Positions 1 through 12,999 of a DNA stretch of 64,000 bases are shown in pieces. The stretch lies in NCBI GenBank assembly GCA_964234715.1, contig OZ174278.1. The stretch is one strand, 5' to 3'. Every line of letters starts with the position of its first letter. Position 1 is the stretch's first letter. The DNA comes from Podarcis melisellensis (lineage: Eukaryota). Made by a program: the position numbers and the translations under genes. The notes under the pieces are model-generated. The model was not told where the DNA came from and made no database searches. It saw only the letters and a list, made by a program, of their open reading frames with translations.

Positions 1-182
1 CAGTGGAGTAGATTCAGTTTGGTACCGTCAAGAGCCGGATTAGGGGGCAGATGTTCGGGGCCCCACTCAAGAGAATGGATAGGATGGTCCCCCAACGCAA
101 CAGTGCTGGCTTATTAAATAATAGGCACCGCCATCTCAAGATCCACCACCACCATTAAACCAGAGTCTACAATGATCTAATT

Positions 183-318
183 CAGGGTTTCCCAAACTTG
201 GGTCTCCAACTGTTTTTGGACTACATTTCGCATCTTCCCTAGCTAGCAGGACCGGTGGTCAGGGATGATGGGAGTTGTAGTCCCAAAACAGCCGGAGACC
301 CAAGTTTGGGAAACCCTG
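183..318. mobile_element. Palindromic non-autonomous hAT (Charlie/MER5-like) MITE
   Basis: 25-bp perfect terminal inverted repeats CAGGGTTTCCCAAACTTGGGTCTCC / GGAGACCCAAGTTTGGGAAACCCTG; 8-bp target-site duplication atctaatt (175-182) / atctaact (319-326). Confidence 0.88.
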
Positions 319-3300
319 ATCTAACTAAACCACTGGGTGGAGGTAGGAGCGCAGAGAGAGAAAGCGTTTTCCCTGTCTCCTCTTTAACACACACACACGT
401 TATTCCTGCTTGTTTGCAATAGCCTTTGTTCCTTGTAAGGTTGTGTGCACGCTGCACATCTTTTATATTTAATGACCAGGACATCGTGGTCAATGCAGGC
501 CAGTGCCTGGCCAGGAGACACCCAGAAGCGCAGAGAAAACTCACCCTATATTCGATCGCTCAAATGCCATGCCTGGGTAGACACGTGTGAACACCGTACA
601 CGTGGCAGAGGGACTCCCTGTTATTTCGTGCATGAGCTAGTGCATTGTGCCCGTAAAACTATATAGCTCCTCGTTTGCTCTTGGGGATTCCCTCGCACGT
701 ATACAGTTCAATATATCAACCCTCGTCCCATTTTTCAGTCAAATGTACACCTCTAGCTGTCTGTACACTCCAAGTCTATTGTTCTCCCCTTCTTCTGTAG
801 CGTGTGTGTCACCTCTTTTCTTTTGAGTTCATCGCCTGGACAACAGCGAGACACTGTGATGTAAGCCCAGGGATGGGCAGAGTTCAGGTTTGTCAGATCT
901 ACTTTGCTCCCCCCCCCCCCACTTCTTATAGGAGCCCAAGATCTACCAATGCAGAGTCACAGACTATAAGGAAAGTGAGCATATTCTGAGCCCAGGGATT
1001 TGTTTTCGGTCCCAAGATCTCAGCTCACGGTTCTTTCACACAAAAGCCCCCTCCTGGTTCCTTCATTTCCGCAACCTACTTTCAGGTAGGAAAAGCCGTT
1101 TTGTTCTTGCTGTTGTTGAGCAATCGGGAGTTAAAAGCCTTCGCCCAAATACTGCAAATCACCGAGAGATCGACCAGCCGACGCTGGTGTACCTCCTCCT
1201 ACCGACCCCTGAGGCAGGCATTCAGAGTAAATAATTCTTAAAAGGAAACAAACCCACAGGTAGAGGTTTCATATTACCTACATCACAATTATTTGCCGTG
1301 GAGTCCCTTCAGACATTCAGCGGTCAGTCAACAAGTATGGAGAAATAGCGTTGTGAACCTGTCCTCCCTAATACCTAGGTGCGTAAAGTGTCTCTGATGT
1401 GGACGTGGAAAAGGTTACCTAAATTCAGGGCTGCTTCCTGAAGGATGAGTTTTTCTGCATCCGAAAGAACACACTCGGTTTAAAAACATTGCATGCCGGT
1501 AGGTAGGAAATTAATGTGGTGGTAAAACTGCGACAGAGTGTTCACACGTGCAAGGCTGTTGTTGCTGCAGTTACCCTGCGGTAAAAATGAACGTGTGAAG
1601 CTGGGCAGCTAAATGTCAGTCGGCTTCACTGACAAATTCTGCCTTGAAGGTGCTGTAAGACGCGACGGCTCTTTCTCTCACGCTGTATCTTTTCATGGCC
1701 CCCTTCACACGTGCAAGTAATCAAGCAAGCAACCAGCTCGTGTCAAGAAACCCTTCATCTGAATGGCACAAGTCTACACGTGTGCATCTTTATTCGCCTG
1801 CCTTATAGCCATATTGAGAAATCACAAATCCCATAGAAGTCAATGGGATTCATTTCAAGTAAAAGAGCTTAGCCGAGTTGGGGCGTTACTTGGAAGTAAG
1901 CGAGATCAATGGAGCTTAAGTAAATAAACGCGCTCAAGTCAGCGTGGGTGAAATGCAAAACCGCCAATTTACTCCAGCTCCAATAACTTTTTTCCTCCTA
2001 TGGGCGTGGTTTGTCGGTCGTTGCTACTTTAAAAATAAAATTTGGCAAGAAGATGAAGAATGAGCTGGGGGTTTAAAAAAAAAGCCCAAAACAAATCAAC
2101 TCAAAATGAATTCAGACTCCGGAGATCATAACCTTCGAGCGCGATGCTTCCCTCCCCCTTTCCACCCCCACCGGTAACTAAGACAAAAGTGGATCACGGC
2201 TGATTTAAAGCCTTGTTTGTGTGAGAGCACATTTTCCCCCTGCTTAGAAGAGATGAAGTCTTTGAAGATGGCCAACTTCGTGTCAATAAGTGCCTTTTCT
2301 TTGAGCCATATTCAGATGGGAAAAGTCTTGCTTGCCAATTGCCATAGAAATCTTAACGCACCATGAAGATTGCCCAAGCGCCGAGCCTTCCGTTCTGGCG
2401 CAAATTACTTTGAAGTGGCGCAAGACGTGCAGTGGTCAATTTCAGCTCTATAGACCGAGGGGAGAGGGAGAGATGGGGCGTTGGAAGGCAGAAAACAAGA
2501 AGGGGAAAACTTGTTTTAGGCTCCTCATTGTCAGATATCTTTTATCTCTGATATATTTCCCATGAATGATTCATGCCTTGGAGTAGGGTGCGGGGTGGGC
2601 TTTGTGTGCTTTTCACCAGAAACTCAGTTAGTCCACCCTTTCCCCAATCCGAAAGGTCCTCATTCTTCATGGAGTCTAAGCAACTCTTTGCAACCGGTTG
2701 CACCTTCGCCACCTGAGGCCAAAATCAACCATGTTGGCTGTGGGAAATCGTATTGAGGAACTCAACACGTGAACAGTAATGTGGACACGGTTAAGATACA
2801 AACTTAAAGGATAGTTGTATTAAGGTTCAGCAGAACTTCATTCCTGTTCACTCCTTGTCTAGCATTTTGCAGCTCCCACATGCTATCTTGTCCCATCTAC
2901 ATTACTTTGATTTCATCAGCACTATCTCCAATTGGTTTTGATAGCACTTTTGTTGAGAGTGGCACACTGTCCACTGTTTGAACGTTTAGATTTAAGGTAA
3001 GTACGTAGGCCACATTGACGAAGTGTCCACAGTGCTTAAGAGACACCTCAGTAATACTAACTTCCCTCTTCTATTGTGTGTCAATATTTAAGACAGAAGC
3101 CTGTTCTCCATCCACCCAAACTGTTATGATCTCTATTAAAATCCAAAGCTTTCCCCCCCCCAACTTCCTGCACCTCTTAGGTGGACGCCATTTTCATTCT
3201 AAAAGAACAAGGGTTCATGGCAAGTCCCAGCACCATTTTTTCTAGAACAAGAGCACTGTTTAAATCCATATACAAATATATCAATTCACATGAATGAACT

Positions 3301-3939
3301 TTGCCACATCCTCATGTATGTGGTTTAACCATGTCCTTTAATTTATCAATGAGATTGGCCTTCAGATTCTGGTGGATTTCTTTAGACTGCTTACAAACAA
3401 GACCAACTTCCACTAAACATGATTTGGATGAGCCAAACCATTTGTACCAAATTTCTCATGGCAATGTATAAGCACACCTATAAAATAAGTGAGAAGGTTG
3501 TTTTGTACTTAATGATTTCCCTTGCAATTATTTTTCTTTCAAGGATGGGACAATCACTGAATTCCTAACTTGAGTACTCTGTAAGCCACTCTGTTATCAT
3601 AATTTGTCCCCCAACAATAAAGCACAAGTAAAAAATAAGATTTTTTTTAAAATTTTACTTTTAACCATTCTTGCTTTCTTATGACCAGGTTTACAGATAT
3701 GAAGGAGGTATTGCATGTTTTAAAAATATGAGGAAAAGCAGTGGCACAGCAGACAAACAGTATGTTGCTCCTGGTACCCCCAAATGAAAATCCCATTTAC
3801 ATGGAAGTAAGTCTATTGAAACCAAATACTTACTTCCCAGCAAATGTATTTCCGTGAAGGCATTAATTTCACATTAAACAAAACACGAAGGTGTAGTAAT
3901 GGATAGTGCAATCTATTTGGTAGGAGGGAAACAAAGTGT

Positions 3940-6497
3940 ATAAATTAAACATTTTTTTTAATTCAGGAAATTTTCTAAAAAAGCTCACCAAAACATAAAT
4001 TATCCTTTAAAAGTCCATGTCTTACTTCATGATAGTTTTTCCTTATTATTCAAATGGGTTTTGAAGGAGAAAAGGAATGCAATTCAAATAAACAATTTTA
4101 AGAAGTGGTTTGTATTCAAGTTCTCATTTATATATTTATAGATATAGATATTAAAATGAATGTCCTTTTTCTGTTCATGTAACAATATGATCAGGACATT
4201 TAAAGGCTTCCAGATGGACAGCACCATGCACTGTACTAAGAAACAAATATCTCTATAAACTATATTGAATCACCAACACACTGCACAGGAGACATGCAGG
4301 AAGGACCTGTTTTCACATTACATTGTTCATTCAAGTAACTTGAAAAATATAAGGACTTTCCCCCGCCCCCCAGAAAAACAACCACAGAATCATAGACAAC
4401 CTATCACCAAAATTAATAATATTCTTCTTTGGTGTGCTCTGTACTCTTTAAAAAGAAATAAGAAAGAAGTTGATATCTAAAAATAAAAAAATAAATTAAT
4501 TCCGCTGTACAAAATAGATCACTTCCACATACAAGTTATAACAATGACAAGACTACGTATCACAGCACACAAGACACAAAAAAATCCCCACACATTTCTA
4601 CAAGCCCTGGTAATGGGTTGGTGACTGGTTACTTATTCAGTGGTCTCAGAGGATAAATTAGTGCTCTTTAGATTATCTGTAGGGTGTTTATGATGAACCA
4701 GCATTTTACACGTGAAATATGTCGTACCAACTGCATCAGAATTTGTCAGCATTCCATGACCTCACTCTATAATAGCTTGGCAGCTAGGCCAAAGGTAATC
4801 TACTCAGCATCCCCCTCCCTCCATTTTTACATTTATGACAGTTTGCTTTCCCCAGTGCACTTTGGTCAATGGCACACCGCAAAAGAAACAGGATCGCAGA
4901 TGCTGAAAAAAATAGAGCTAGAAGTAATTTATGAAACCTTTTGTGCATGCAAGGGTGTTAAGCTGGATCAGTAAAATATAGTATCTTCCAGAAAGTCATG
5001 TGTCACTCTTAGCATCATAACTCTTTCAACAGGGAGACTTTGACATAGTAACAGCTGTGAAGTTCACAGCACTTTTGACCTAACATTATAGGCTGGGCTT
5101 CATTCCCAAATATGCTTACTCATAAATCCAATTTACTCTGATTCAATGTGACTGGCTTGCAAGGAAGCGTGTTTAGACTCATGGCCTCTGCTATATCACA
5201 TATAAAGATAGATCTCATTTAGCGACACTCCCATGACAAGGAAAAACCATTAAGCAGTCCTGCTAAGACACGTACTAATGAGTAACACTGAAACCAGTGG
5301 GACAAATGTCTTTAGAGCACAATTCGTTGAATGTGTTAAACAACAATAATCATAGCAACTGATTTAATTCCCTCCCCTTTCAGGGTTAGAGCTTAGAAAG
5401 ACATTAAAAAAAAAGGAAAGGAAAGGAAAGGAAAATTAAAATAACTGAGACATTAACAGTGCAATCATGTGGAGGTCTACTCAGAAGTAAGTCCTATTGA
5501 ATTCAATGGGACTTACAGTCACACCAGTGTGTATAAGGTACTGCCTAACAGTACTGTTCTTAAGTATTCTTATTGGAAGTAAGCCCCTTCAGTGCAACTT
5601 TCTTCCGAGTAAGCATGTTTAGGATCAGATGGCTAAAGAAATAAAATGAAACAAAACCCAACCCCCCCTTGCTCAATAGCGTTTGTGAAATCCTACACAA
5701 CTAGGATTGTGACTGCTCTCCCTCCCTCCCACCCAGCATATTTACTTGGAAGCGAGTTCCATTTAAAACAATGGACTGATCTTCCATATAAGCAAATTTA
5801 GCACTGTTCTATAAAGGTGCCACCTTGAATCTTGTGGTGGTGAATTTCAACATTGGTTTTAGTGCGATGCAAACTGCAACCCAAGGTCTACGTTTCAGCA
5901 TTCCGTTTTGAGATTTTGAGGACTTAAGATTTCAGAGGCAGTGAACTGTACCTATACATTATCGTACACGTACATATACAGTACTTGGATGCAAGAAACC
6001 AGTTGGCAGTTTCACAGGTGATGGCTGTGGGATAGAGGCCTAGATGGAAGAACGTGCCTTTTCAAAAATAGGTGGACAAGCTTAAGGAATCCACTCCTAG
6101 CACAGAGAAAGCCCATTAGCTTCCCAGTTACATTCATAAGCCACATTCCTCCTGCTTTTATTTTGGGAAAACTATCACACCGAATTGTCAACCTGGCAGT
6201 GCACACACTGAAGTTCAAGCAACACAAAGGTGAACTCCTCTGACGTCTTCCATAAACATAGGGTAGGGTAGGGAAGATGCACAATGGATTACTGTTACAG
6301 TCCGGCTTGGTGGTTTGCTTTTTAAAAAAAGATTATTCTTTTTAATTAGAAAAGAGAGAGACACACAAGTCCAATGTCTTAATTAAATTAGTTACATGTT
6401 ACAAACACCATAGGGTTTCATAATACTGAATAAATAGCCCAAATTAACCAAGATGGCATGATCGTGCCATCTTCAAAGTTCTGCCTCCCTCCCAGTT
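3940..6497 (-). other. ZIC5: ZIC5 3' UTR (distal end inferred)
   Basis: Follows the TAG at 6498-6500; AT-rich. Candidate poly(A) signal ATTAAA on the minus strand at 3957-3962, followed by a U/GU-rich stretch. The end point is an inference. Confidence 0.5.
5456..5546. repeat. Short (~80-90 bp) palindromic MITE-like repeat, representative copy
   Basis: Inner palindrome GTAAGTCCTATTGAATTCAATGGGACTTAC; many related decayed copies across the window. Confidence 0.7.
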
Positions 6498-6949
6498 CTA
6501 ATGAATAGTTCTTGTCTCAGAGTTCCTATAAATTTCTTCCTCGTTCTCTTCCTCCTCAGAAGATGTGGCATTACTGGATGGCGTATGGAGGTGGTTCGGG
6601 GCCCCAGTGGCTTGGCACACATACCATTCATTGAGATTGGTGACCTGAGGAGAAAGGTTGACAGGGCGGCCCCTGCCAGAGTCCTGGAGAGGGGACAGAG
6701 GGGCACCCAGTGGTGTCCCCGTGGGTTGGTAGCCATGAGATCCTGGGGTAGGAGAAGGCGGCGGGGATTTGCAATGGATCTTCATGTGCTTGCGCAAGGA
6801 GCTCGGATGTGTGTAAGACTTGTCACAGCCTCTGACTTTGCAGAAATATGGCTTGTCACTGGTGTGGACATGAGAGTGTTTCTTTCTGTCACTGCTATTG
6901 GCAAACTTCCTGTCGCAGCCATCAAATTCACATTTAAAAGGCTTCTCTC
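6498..6949 (-). CDS. ZIC5: ZIC5 coding exon 2 (zinc fingers 4-5, C-terminus, stop)
   Basis: Acceptor ttctctttcag|GA at 6949 (phase 1). Translates (G)[66 protein letters not shown]...[16 protein letters not shown]...RTIH*. KKHSHVH and the extension beyond NEWYV are ZIC4/5-subclass features. Confidence 0.96.
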
Positions 6950-8899
6950 CTGAAAGAGAAAAACATCCATAATGGACCTCTTTGTGAAAGGAAAGAAAGA
7001 AATCCCCAAACTTTGAATTTACATGTCAAACCAAACACAGGAACAGGGGAGACAGAGACTAGAGAGGATTGCAAAACAAAGAATCAGCAGATAAAATTGA
7101 CTCCAGTCTTTACCATCCCTCCAATAGCTTAACTTTTCAATCATTATTATTATTATTATTATTATTACTACACAGAGAGAGTGAGCAGGTTTACATTTGC
7201 TCAAAAATGTAGTCCACAATGTTAAAGAATATTTTCTAAACTGTGATCATGACATTCAGATAAACATATCCAGGACAATGGGAATGTCTCTCCTTATTCC
7301 ATGCCCATATTTCTCTTGTAAATGAAAAATTTAAATGATGGATTAAAGTAGGGGCTTACACATCCATACACGGATATGGCTTTATCTCCAGACAAACCCA
7401 TATTGTCCTAATCCCTTCCCTTGTGGTTTGCAAGAGGAGATTCTCCTTTTTCTAAAATAAAAGTAGCACCTGTTTAAACACATTGCTCTCCCTCTTTTCC
7501 TTTTTTTTAAACCATTGTCAACAGATCAGGCTCTCAAAGAGGGGCACCCTCTCTTCCCCTCCCTTCTCTGACATTCTTAGCTTTTTACAGCTTGCTCATT
7601 ATTGAGAAAGCTACCCACTCCATGAGCAGTGAGCTGGCCAAGATCTCTTTACCTAGGACTAGTTTATGCTTCGAAATAAGATGGTGAATCTGTTTAAATA
7701 GGTTTAATGTGCACCTTGAGGGTGATTGTGAAAGCCACCCTCAGGGCCTTTACTTCTGGCATCTCACTGGCTCCAAGGTGCAATGCAATTCTACAATTAT
7801 TTTCCAAGGTTCTGGAAGCAAAAAGGCAGGAATAATTTCTGCTGCCACAAGTGGACATGGGTTTAGCATTACTTTATTTCAAAAAGGGATTTTTTAAAAA
7901 AATTAATCCCATCCATACATGGAGGCAAAAATATGGTAAAATATGAATTTTATTTATAGACACCCAAATAAGACATCAGGATTGCACCCCAATATTAATA
8001 CACGTTTCCTAGTCAACAAGGTAATTCAGTATTTTCATCCAACTCAATCTTGAGCATGTTTACTCAGAAATATTACATAGTTCCACTTGGCTTCCAGGAA
8101 AGCACATGTAGGATTGCGACCTTTGTTGTTTTACTGGTGAAAACAGCATCTATCTACTCCTTTTTGGGAAAGGCAGAAGGTTTAATTTATGGCATTCCTT
8201 TTCCTGTGTAAATACAGGCAGATCCCAACTTACCAATTCTACTTCAATCACAAATGCATTATTTCAACCAGAAAACGTCTCCTGGTGATATGTGGCAATT
8301 GAACAGAAATTATACAGCCTTTCAGAAGTCTCAAAAGTATTTCCAACGAAATGTCGTTGCTATAAAATGGGATAAAGATTCTACATGAAAAAGTTAAAAG
8401 ATCCAAACCTCAGCGCCAAGCCTATTCACTTGGCAGCAAGTAAGGCCACTGAGCTCAGTTACTTCCAAGTAACTGTGTTTCGGATCATTCTGGTCAACAT
8501 AGCCTAGTGTTGTCCTTTCAGCTGAAATATCCTGAGACAGAAGGTTGGTGTTTTGCTATTTATTTAAGGAAAGCATTTTAGGGTTACTATATGTCCTTTT
8601 TTTCCAGGACACATTCTCTTTCTAAAAATGATAGTGGCCATAGGTGTCCATAGTTAAATGTAGAAGCCAAAAAATGTGTCTTATTTCTTGCTCTTCAAAA
8701 TATGGCATAATTGGGTTTACATGTGCGTTTGTCTGTCTAGAACCTGTTTCAGCAATCGCTAATCAGATTTGTCTGCTTTTAACTTCGGTCAACTCTATTT
8801 TTTAATATATATATTTAATTAAGGCCAGCAGCACTAGGTTTTGGGAAGAGGACCGACTTTCAAGGGATGCCCTGGTTGCTATGCTCATACATCCCGAAG

Positions 8900-10620
8900 C
8901 GAGATGCCCATGCCATCCTGATGTTTATTTTGGTCTTGTCTCTGACGAAAGGTTCACGTCAGAGTTTAACCATTTGCAGATTATCTCGGTTTTAAGGCGA
9001 GAGATGCGCAGTCGAAAAGCAACGGTTCTCGCTGAGGAAAAGGCTGCTCGCTCCCTTTTGCGCGCCGAGAAAGGAAACTTCACCGCCTACTAATTCGAAG
9101 CGAGGTCGGAGGCCCGTTTCCACAAACCGCGCGAGCGGTTCAGGGCTCAGGGAGGCAACAACTAGCGGCATCGATCAAGAGACAAGCCGCCGGCTATCTT
9201 TAAAAACAAAACCAACCACACGAAAGCCAAGCGCAGGGCGATTTCCCCCCACCACCATTGGGAGCTCAACTCGTTCTCAACCAAACAGAACAAAAAAAAA
9301 AGGGGGGGGGAGGAAAACTCATTTGCTGCTTAAACCCAAACATACGATCCTTGATCTTGAAACTCAAATTTCTTACGTTAACACGAACCTATTCTGGTCT
9401 TAGGGGAGAAGCCTGTAGGAGAGCGAGAAGAAACCAAGAAGGGCGCGAAATTGCAAAATTACGCACAGAAATGCCGAGGTTGCTCCGGACAATCTTACAA
9501 CTCCCGTTTGGCTGCGTCAAATGAAGCGGGAGGCGGAGCATTTTGACTCCCGGGCCTGGGAATCAGGGACCCCTCGGTTGGGCAGGAGGAACCTCCTGGA
9601 GAGAAGGGGAAAGGGCGCCTGAAGCCGCTCTCCTCGGCTTCCGGGGAGTCGTTTTGCCCTCGCCCGCAAGAGGAGAAAGTGGAGCTGTTAACGGGCAATA
9701 GAGCTGCTTATGCTACAGTCAACTCGAGCTCCCTGGCCAGGGCTTCCGTGCCAGCACGTGGCCGTGGAAAGAGTTCCCTGCCAGCACCGGATCTTGCAAA
9801 CCGTGCAGAAGCGTTTTGCAACCGTGTGCCCCTGCAACACTGTTGCAGAAAAAACACCGAGCAGCTTTCTGCGGCGCTCCTCGGCCCCTCCGGATCTTCA
9901 GTCGTGGGTCTTTTGTCTGCAACAGGCGGTGGGGATCGGGCCGGCTTCGGATCCCCACCCAACCCTACCCGACCGATGGGCACCGGTCAGGAGGAGCGGC
10001 GGGGCTCCAGCTATTCCCCCACCTGCAGGAGCCTCGGCCCGAAGGAACCAGACTCGGATCTTCTTCCCAGCGGCAGTAGCAAGGGCACTGTGTGGGCAGC
10101 CTCAAGCGGGCGAGGGCGAGATGAGCCGAACATCGGAGTTCTCCAGCTGGAAAAGGAGCTGTGTGAATGGAAGGACGAGCTGGAAAGCCCTCGCGAGGCT
10201 TTCCTCCTGCCCCTCCTCCCAGAGCACCAGCAGGGTTTTCCCCGGGCGAGAGCCCTACGATTACTGCGCAGAAACCAGCCCTTGCAAGTTGCAAGCATCT
10301 TCTTTAGGAGAGTCTGCAAAACTCCCAGTAAGGCCCTTCCGGAGCAGACTCGGCCTCCAAGGCCTAAAGGCACCGCGCTCCTCTTCGCTTGCAGGACAGA
10401 TCCACACCCCCCCACTCCCCGCTCCATGGGGCTGCGTGGGAGGGGGGTCTCAGGGCTCGCACAGATGGGCTCAACCCTGCGGATTCACCATCTAAAAATC
10501 GATAGCTTTTGCCGCCAGGGGCTATTTGCATGGGAGTTTGAACAGCGCGTTGCACCTTGTCCGCCTCGCCACCCCCCTTTCCTTTTCCTTTTTTTTTTTT
10601 TTTTGCAACAACACACAATA
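8900..10620. promoter_or_regulatory. Intronic CpG island in ZIC5 intron 1
   Basis: Abrupt rise in CpG and GC content from about 8.9 kb compared with the CpG-poor 2.8-8.8 kb segment (visual estimate). Confidence 0.6.
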
Positions 10621-11782
10621 AATCATGAAAACAATTAGGTGGAGCCCCCTCCGGCCTTTGCCCCCCCTTCCCTATAAGCAGCCTCCGGTGGATAATATCT
10701 GTCTACACGCAACTATAAATCCCAACCGCCTTTTAAGTGAAGCCAAAAGGCCAGGGGCAAATCAAAACCAAGCTGTAAAAGATACAGCGCCATAAACGGA
10801 ACTTCATTGAAATGGCTAGTCTGGCGGAGACACGCACAAAGGCACACCCGCGTCGCCTTCCCTTCCCATTTGTTCTCAAAAGCACTATTCCGAATCGCTA
10901 TAGCAGCGCTCCCTCCATTGAAACACACCTTTAAACCAACAACATATCTTTTAAAAGCCCCTGCCTATCACTTCCCCAAAAACAACTAAGGGAGAAAAAC
11001 TCCCCCCGGGAAAGTAAAATATTGGTGGTCTCATTTGAAAAGTACCCCCTCTTGAGAGGCAACATGATCAAATCCCCTGACTCTCTCCTTCATATATAAA
11101 AAAGAAAACAAAACCCAAACAAATAAAAGCATAGGAGAAACTTTTTGAAAAGTGAATTGACCAGAATAAAGTTTGGGGTTTGCCCTTTCTTTCCACTATC
11201 TAAGAGGAGTACTGGACACCATAGGTGCCGGCTCCCTGGGCCCCTGGTGCCCGAGGACCCACAAAATTCACCATGAAGGGACCTGGCCTGGCACCCACAA
11301 ATTTCGTCGCCAGGACCATGTACGCTGCATAGCACCCACAGCCCCGGGCACCCACGGTCGCGGGGCCAAACAGGCACTCCTGCTGGGCACACCGCAGGCC
11401 TTCGTGGGACTCCTCCGTTCTTCCCACTTTCGTGGGAGCTCCTAGCTATCCACAGCGCTCTTAGTTTGCCTGCTGAGGAATTCTGTGGCGCCGGGAAGCC
11501 TTCCTCGCTCTCACCAAAACCGCAGCGGGCACAACGCAGAAGACCCGCGAGCCATTCCCAAACCACGCATACACAGACAACGCAGACATATCAAGGAAGA
11601 CTCACTCTCCCACTGCAGCCCCAAAGAGCTGGTGAAATTACTTATTCATGACAAACGTCACACGTCTGAGGGTACGTAGGAGATAGAGGAAGGAGGGAGG
11701 AGGGGGTAGAGAAAAGAAGCCAGCACCGCGCGCCGGAGAGACGCGGCCGGAGAAAGGCGCGCGCTCCGGTCGTGCCACCCAC

Positions 11783-12986
11783 CTGTGTGCGTCCTTTTGT
11801 GGATCTTGAGGTTCTCGGAGCGCGCGAAGACCTTCCCGCAGCCGGGGAAGGGGCACGGGAAGGGCTTCTCGCCCGTGTGCACGCGGATGTGGTTGATGAG
11901 CTTGTACTTGGCCTTGAAGGGCTTCCCTTCGCGGGGACACTCCTCCCAGAAGCACACGTGGCTGCTCTGCTCGGGCCCGCCGACGTGCTCCACCGTGACG
12001 TGATTGACCAGCTCGTGCATGGTGCTGTAGGTCTGCGAGCAGGGCGGCGCGGCCGCCTCGGCCTCGATCCACTTGCAGATCAGCTCTTGCTTGATGGGCT
12101 GCCGCATGTAGCGCAGGAAGGCGGCGGCGGCGGCAGCGGAGGAGGCGCCCGCAGGGTGGTGATGGTGTGGAGGCGCGTGGTGCGCATGTGCGGGAGGCGC
12201 TGGCGCCTGTTGCAGGACGGCCGCCGCCAAGTTGACCGGGTAGCCTTGCGGCGCGGCGCCGTAGGACGCTTCGGAGGCGGCGGCGGCGGCCGCCACGGAC
12301 GACGGGCGGAAGGGCTCCACGCGCCCGTAAAACTCGGCAGCCGCCGCGGCAGCCGCAGCCACGGCCAGCCCCAGCCGCATCTGCCCGTTGAGCGGGTGGT
12401 GGCCTCCGGACGGGCCCGCCGGGTGGTCGTGCAGCCCCGGGAAGGCGGCGGCGTGAGGCTGCTCGCCGCCGGCGCCGTAGGTGCCCGCCGACGAGATGAA
12501 CATGGGCGAGCTGGCCGGGTGTTGCTGCAGAGGCCGCTCGGCCCGCCGCGGCGCCGCGTACGAGGGGCTGCCGGCCGCGCCGTTGGCGCCCGCCTGCGAC
12601 GACGAGGCGAAGGCGGCCTCGGCGCCGGCCGGGCTCAACTTGAGCGCCCCCGACGCCACGTGCTCCGGCCCGAAGGGGGCCGCGGCAGCCGGGTCCGAGG
12701 AGCCCAGGTCCCCCGGGTGCAAGGGCTGGAAGCCGCCACCGCTGGTGGCGCTGCTGCCTCCTCCGACGCCGACGCCATGCAATGCGGCCAGGTCGGCCAA
12801 GCGCAGGCTGGGGCTCCTCTTGCAACTCAGCGCGGGCTCCATGGCGCCGCAGCCCCGGGGCCCATCCAGGCGCGAGGGGGTCGCCTGGGCCGGCCCCGAG
12901 GGGGCGGTGGCCTTCCTCCCCCTGCCTGCCGCCGCCGCCGAGGCTGTTGCTGCCGCCGTGGCCAGCGCCGCCGCCTTGCCAAACAT
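11783..12986 (-). CDS. ZIC5: ZIC5 coding exon 1 (N-terminus, ZF-NC, zinc fingers 1-3); ATG at 12986 (551 aa total) or 12842 (503 aa total)
   Basis: MFGKA...[19 protein letters not shown]...LNGQMRLGL...[18 protein letters not shown]...[58 protein letters not shown]; donor CAG|gtgggt at 11783/11782 (phase 1, compatible with exon 2); divergent from ZIC2 as in the known ZIC2/ZIC5 pair. Confidence 0.96.
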
Positions 12987-12999
12987 GGAGCGATTAAGC

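Noticed and set aside
183-318. Pre-miRNA-like hairpins (also 54293-54443)
   Set aside because: The hairpins are explained by MITE terminal inverted repeats
9679-10638. 319-aa and overlapping ORFs in ZIC5 intron 1
   Set aside because: Several frames are open in GC-rich DNA, GTG start, no domain or codon signal
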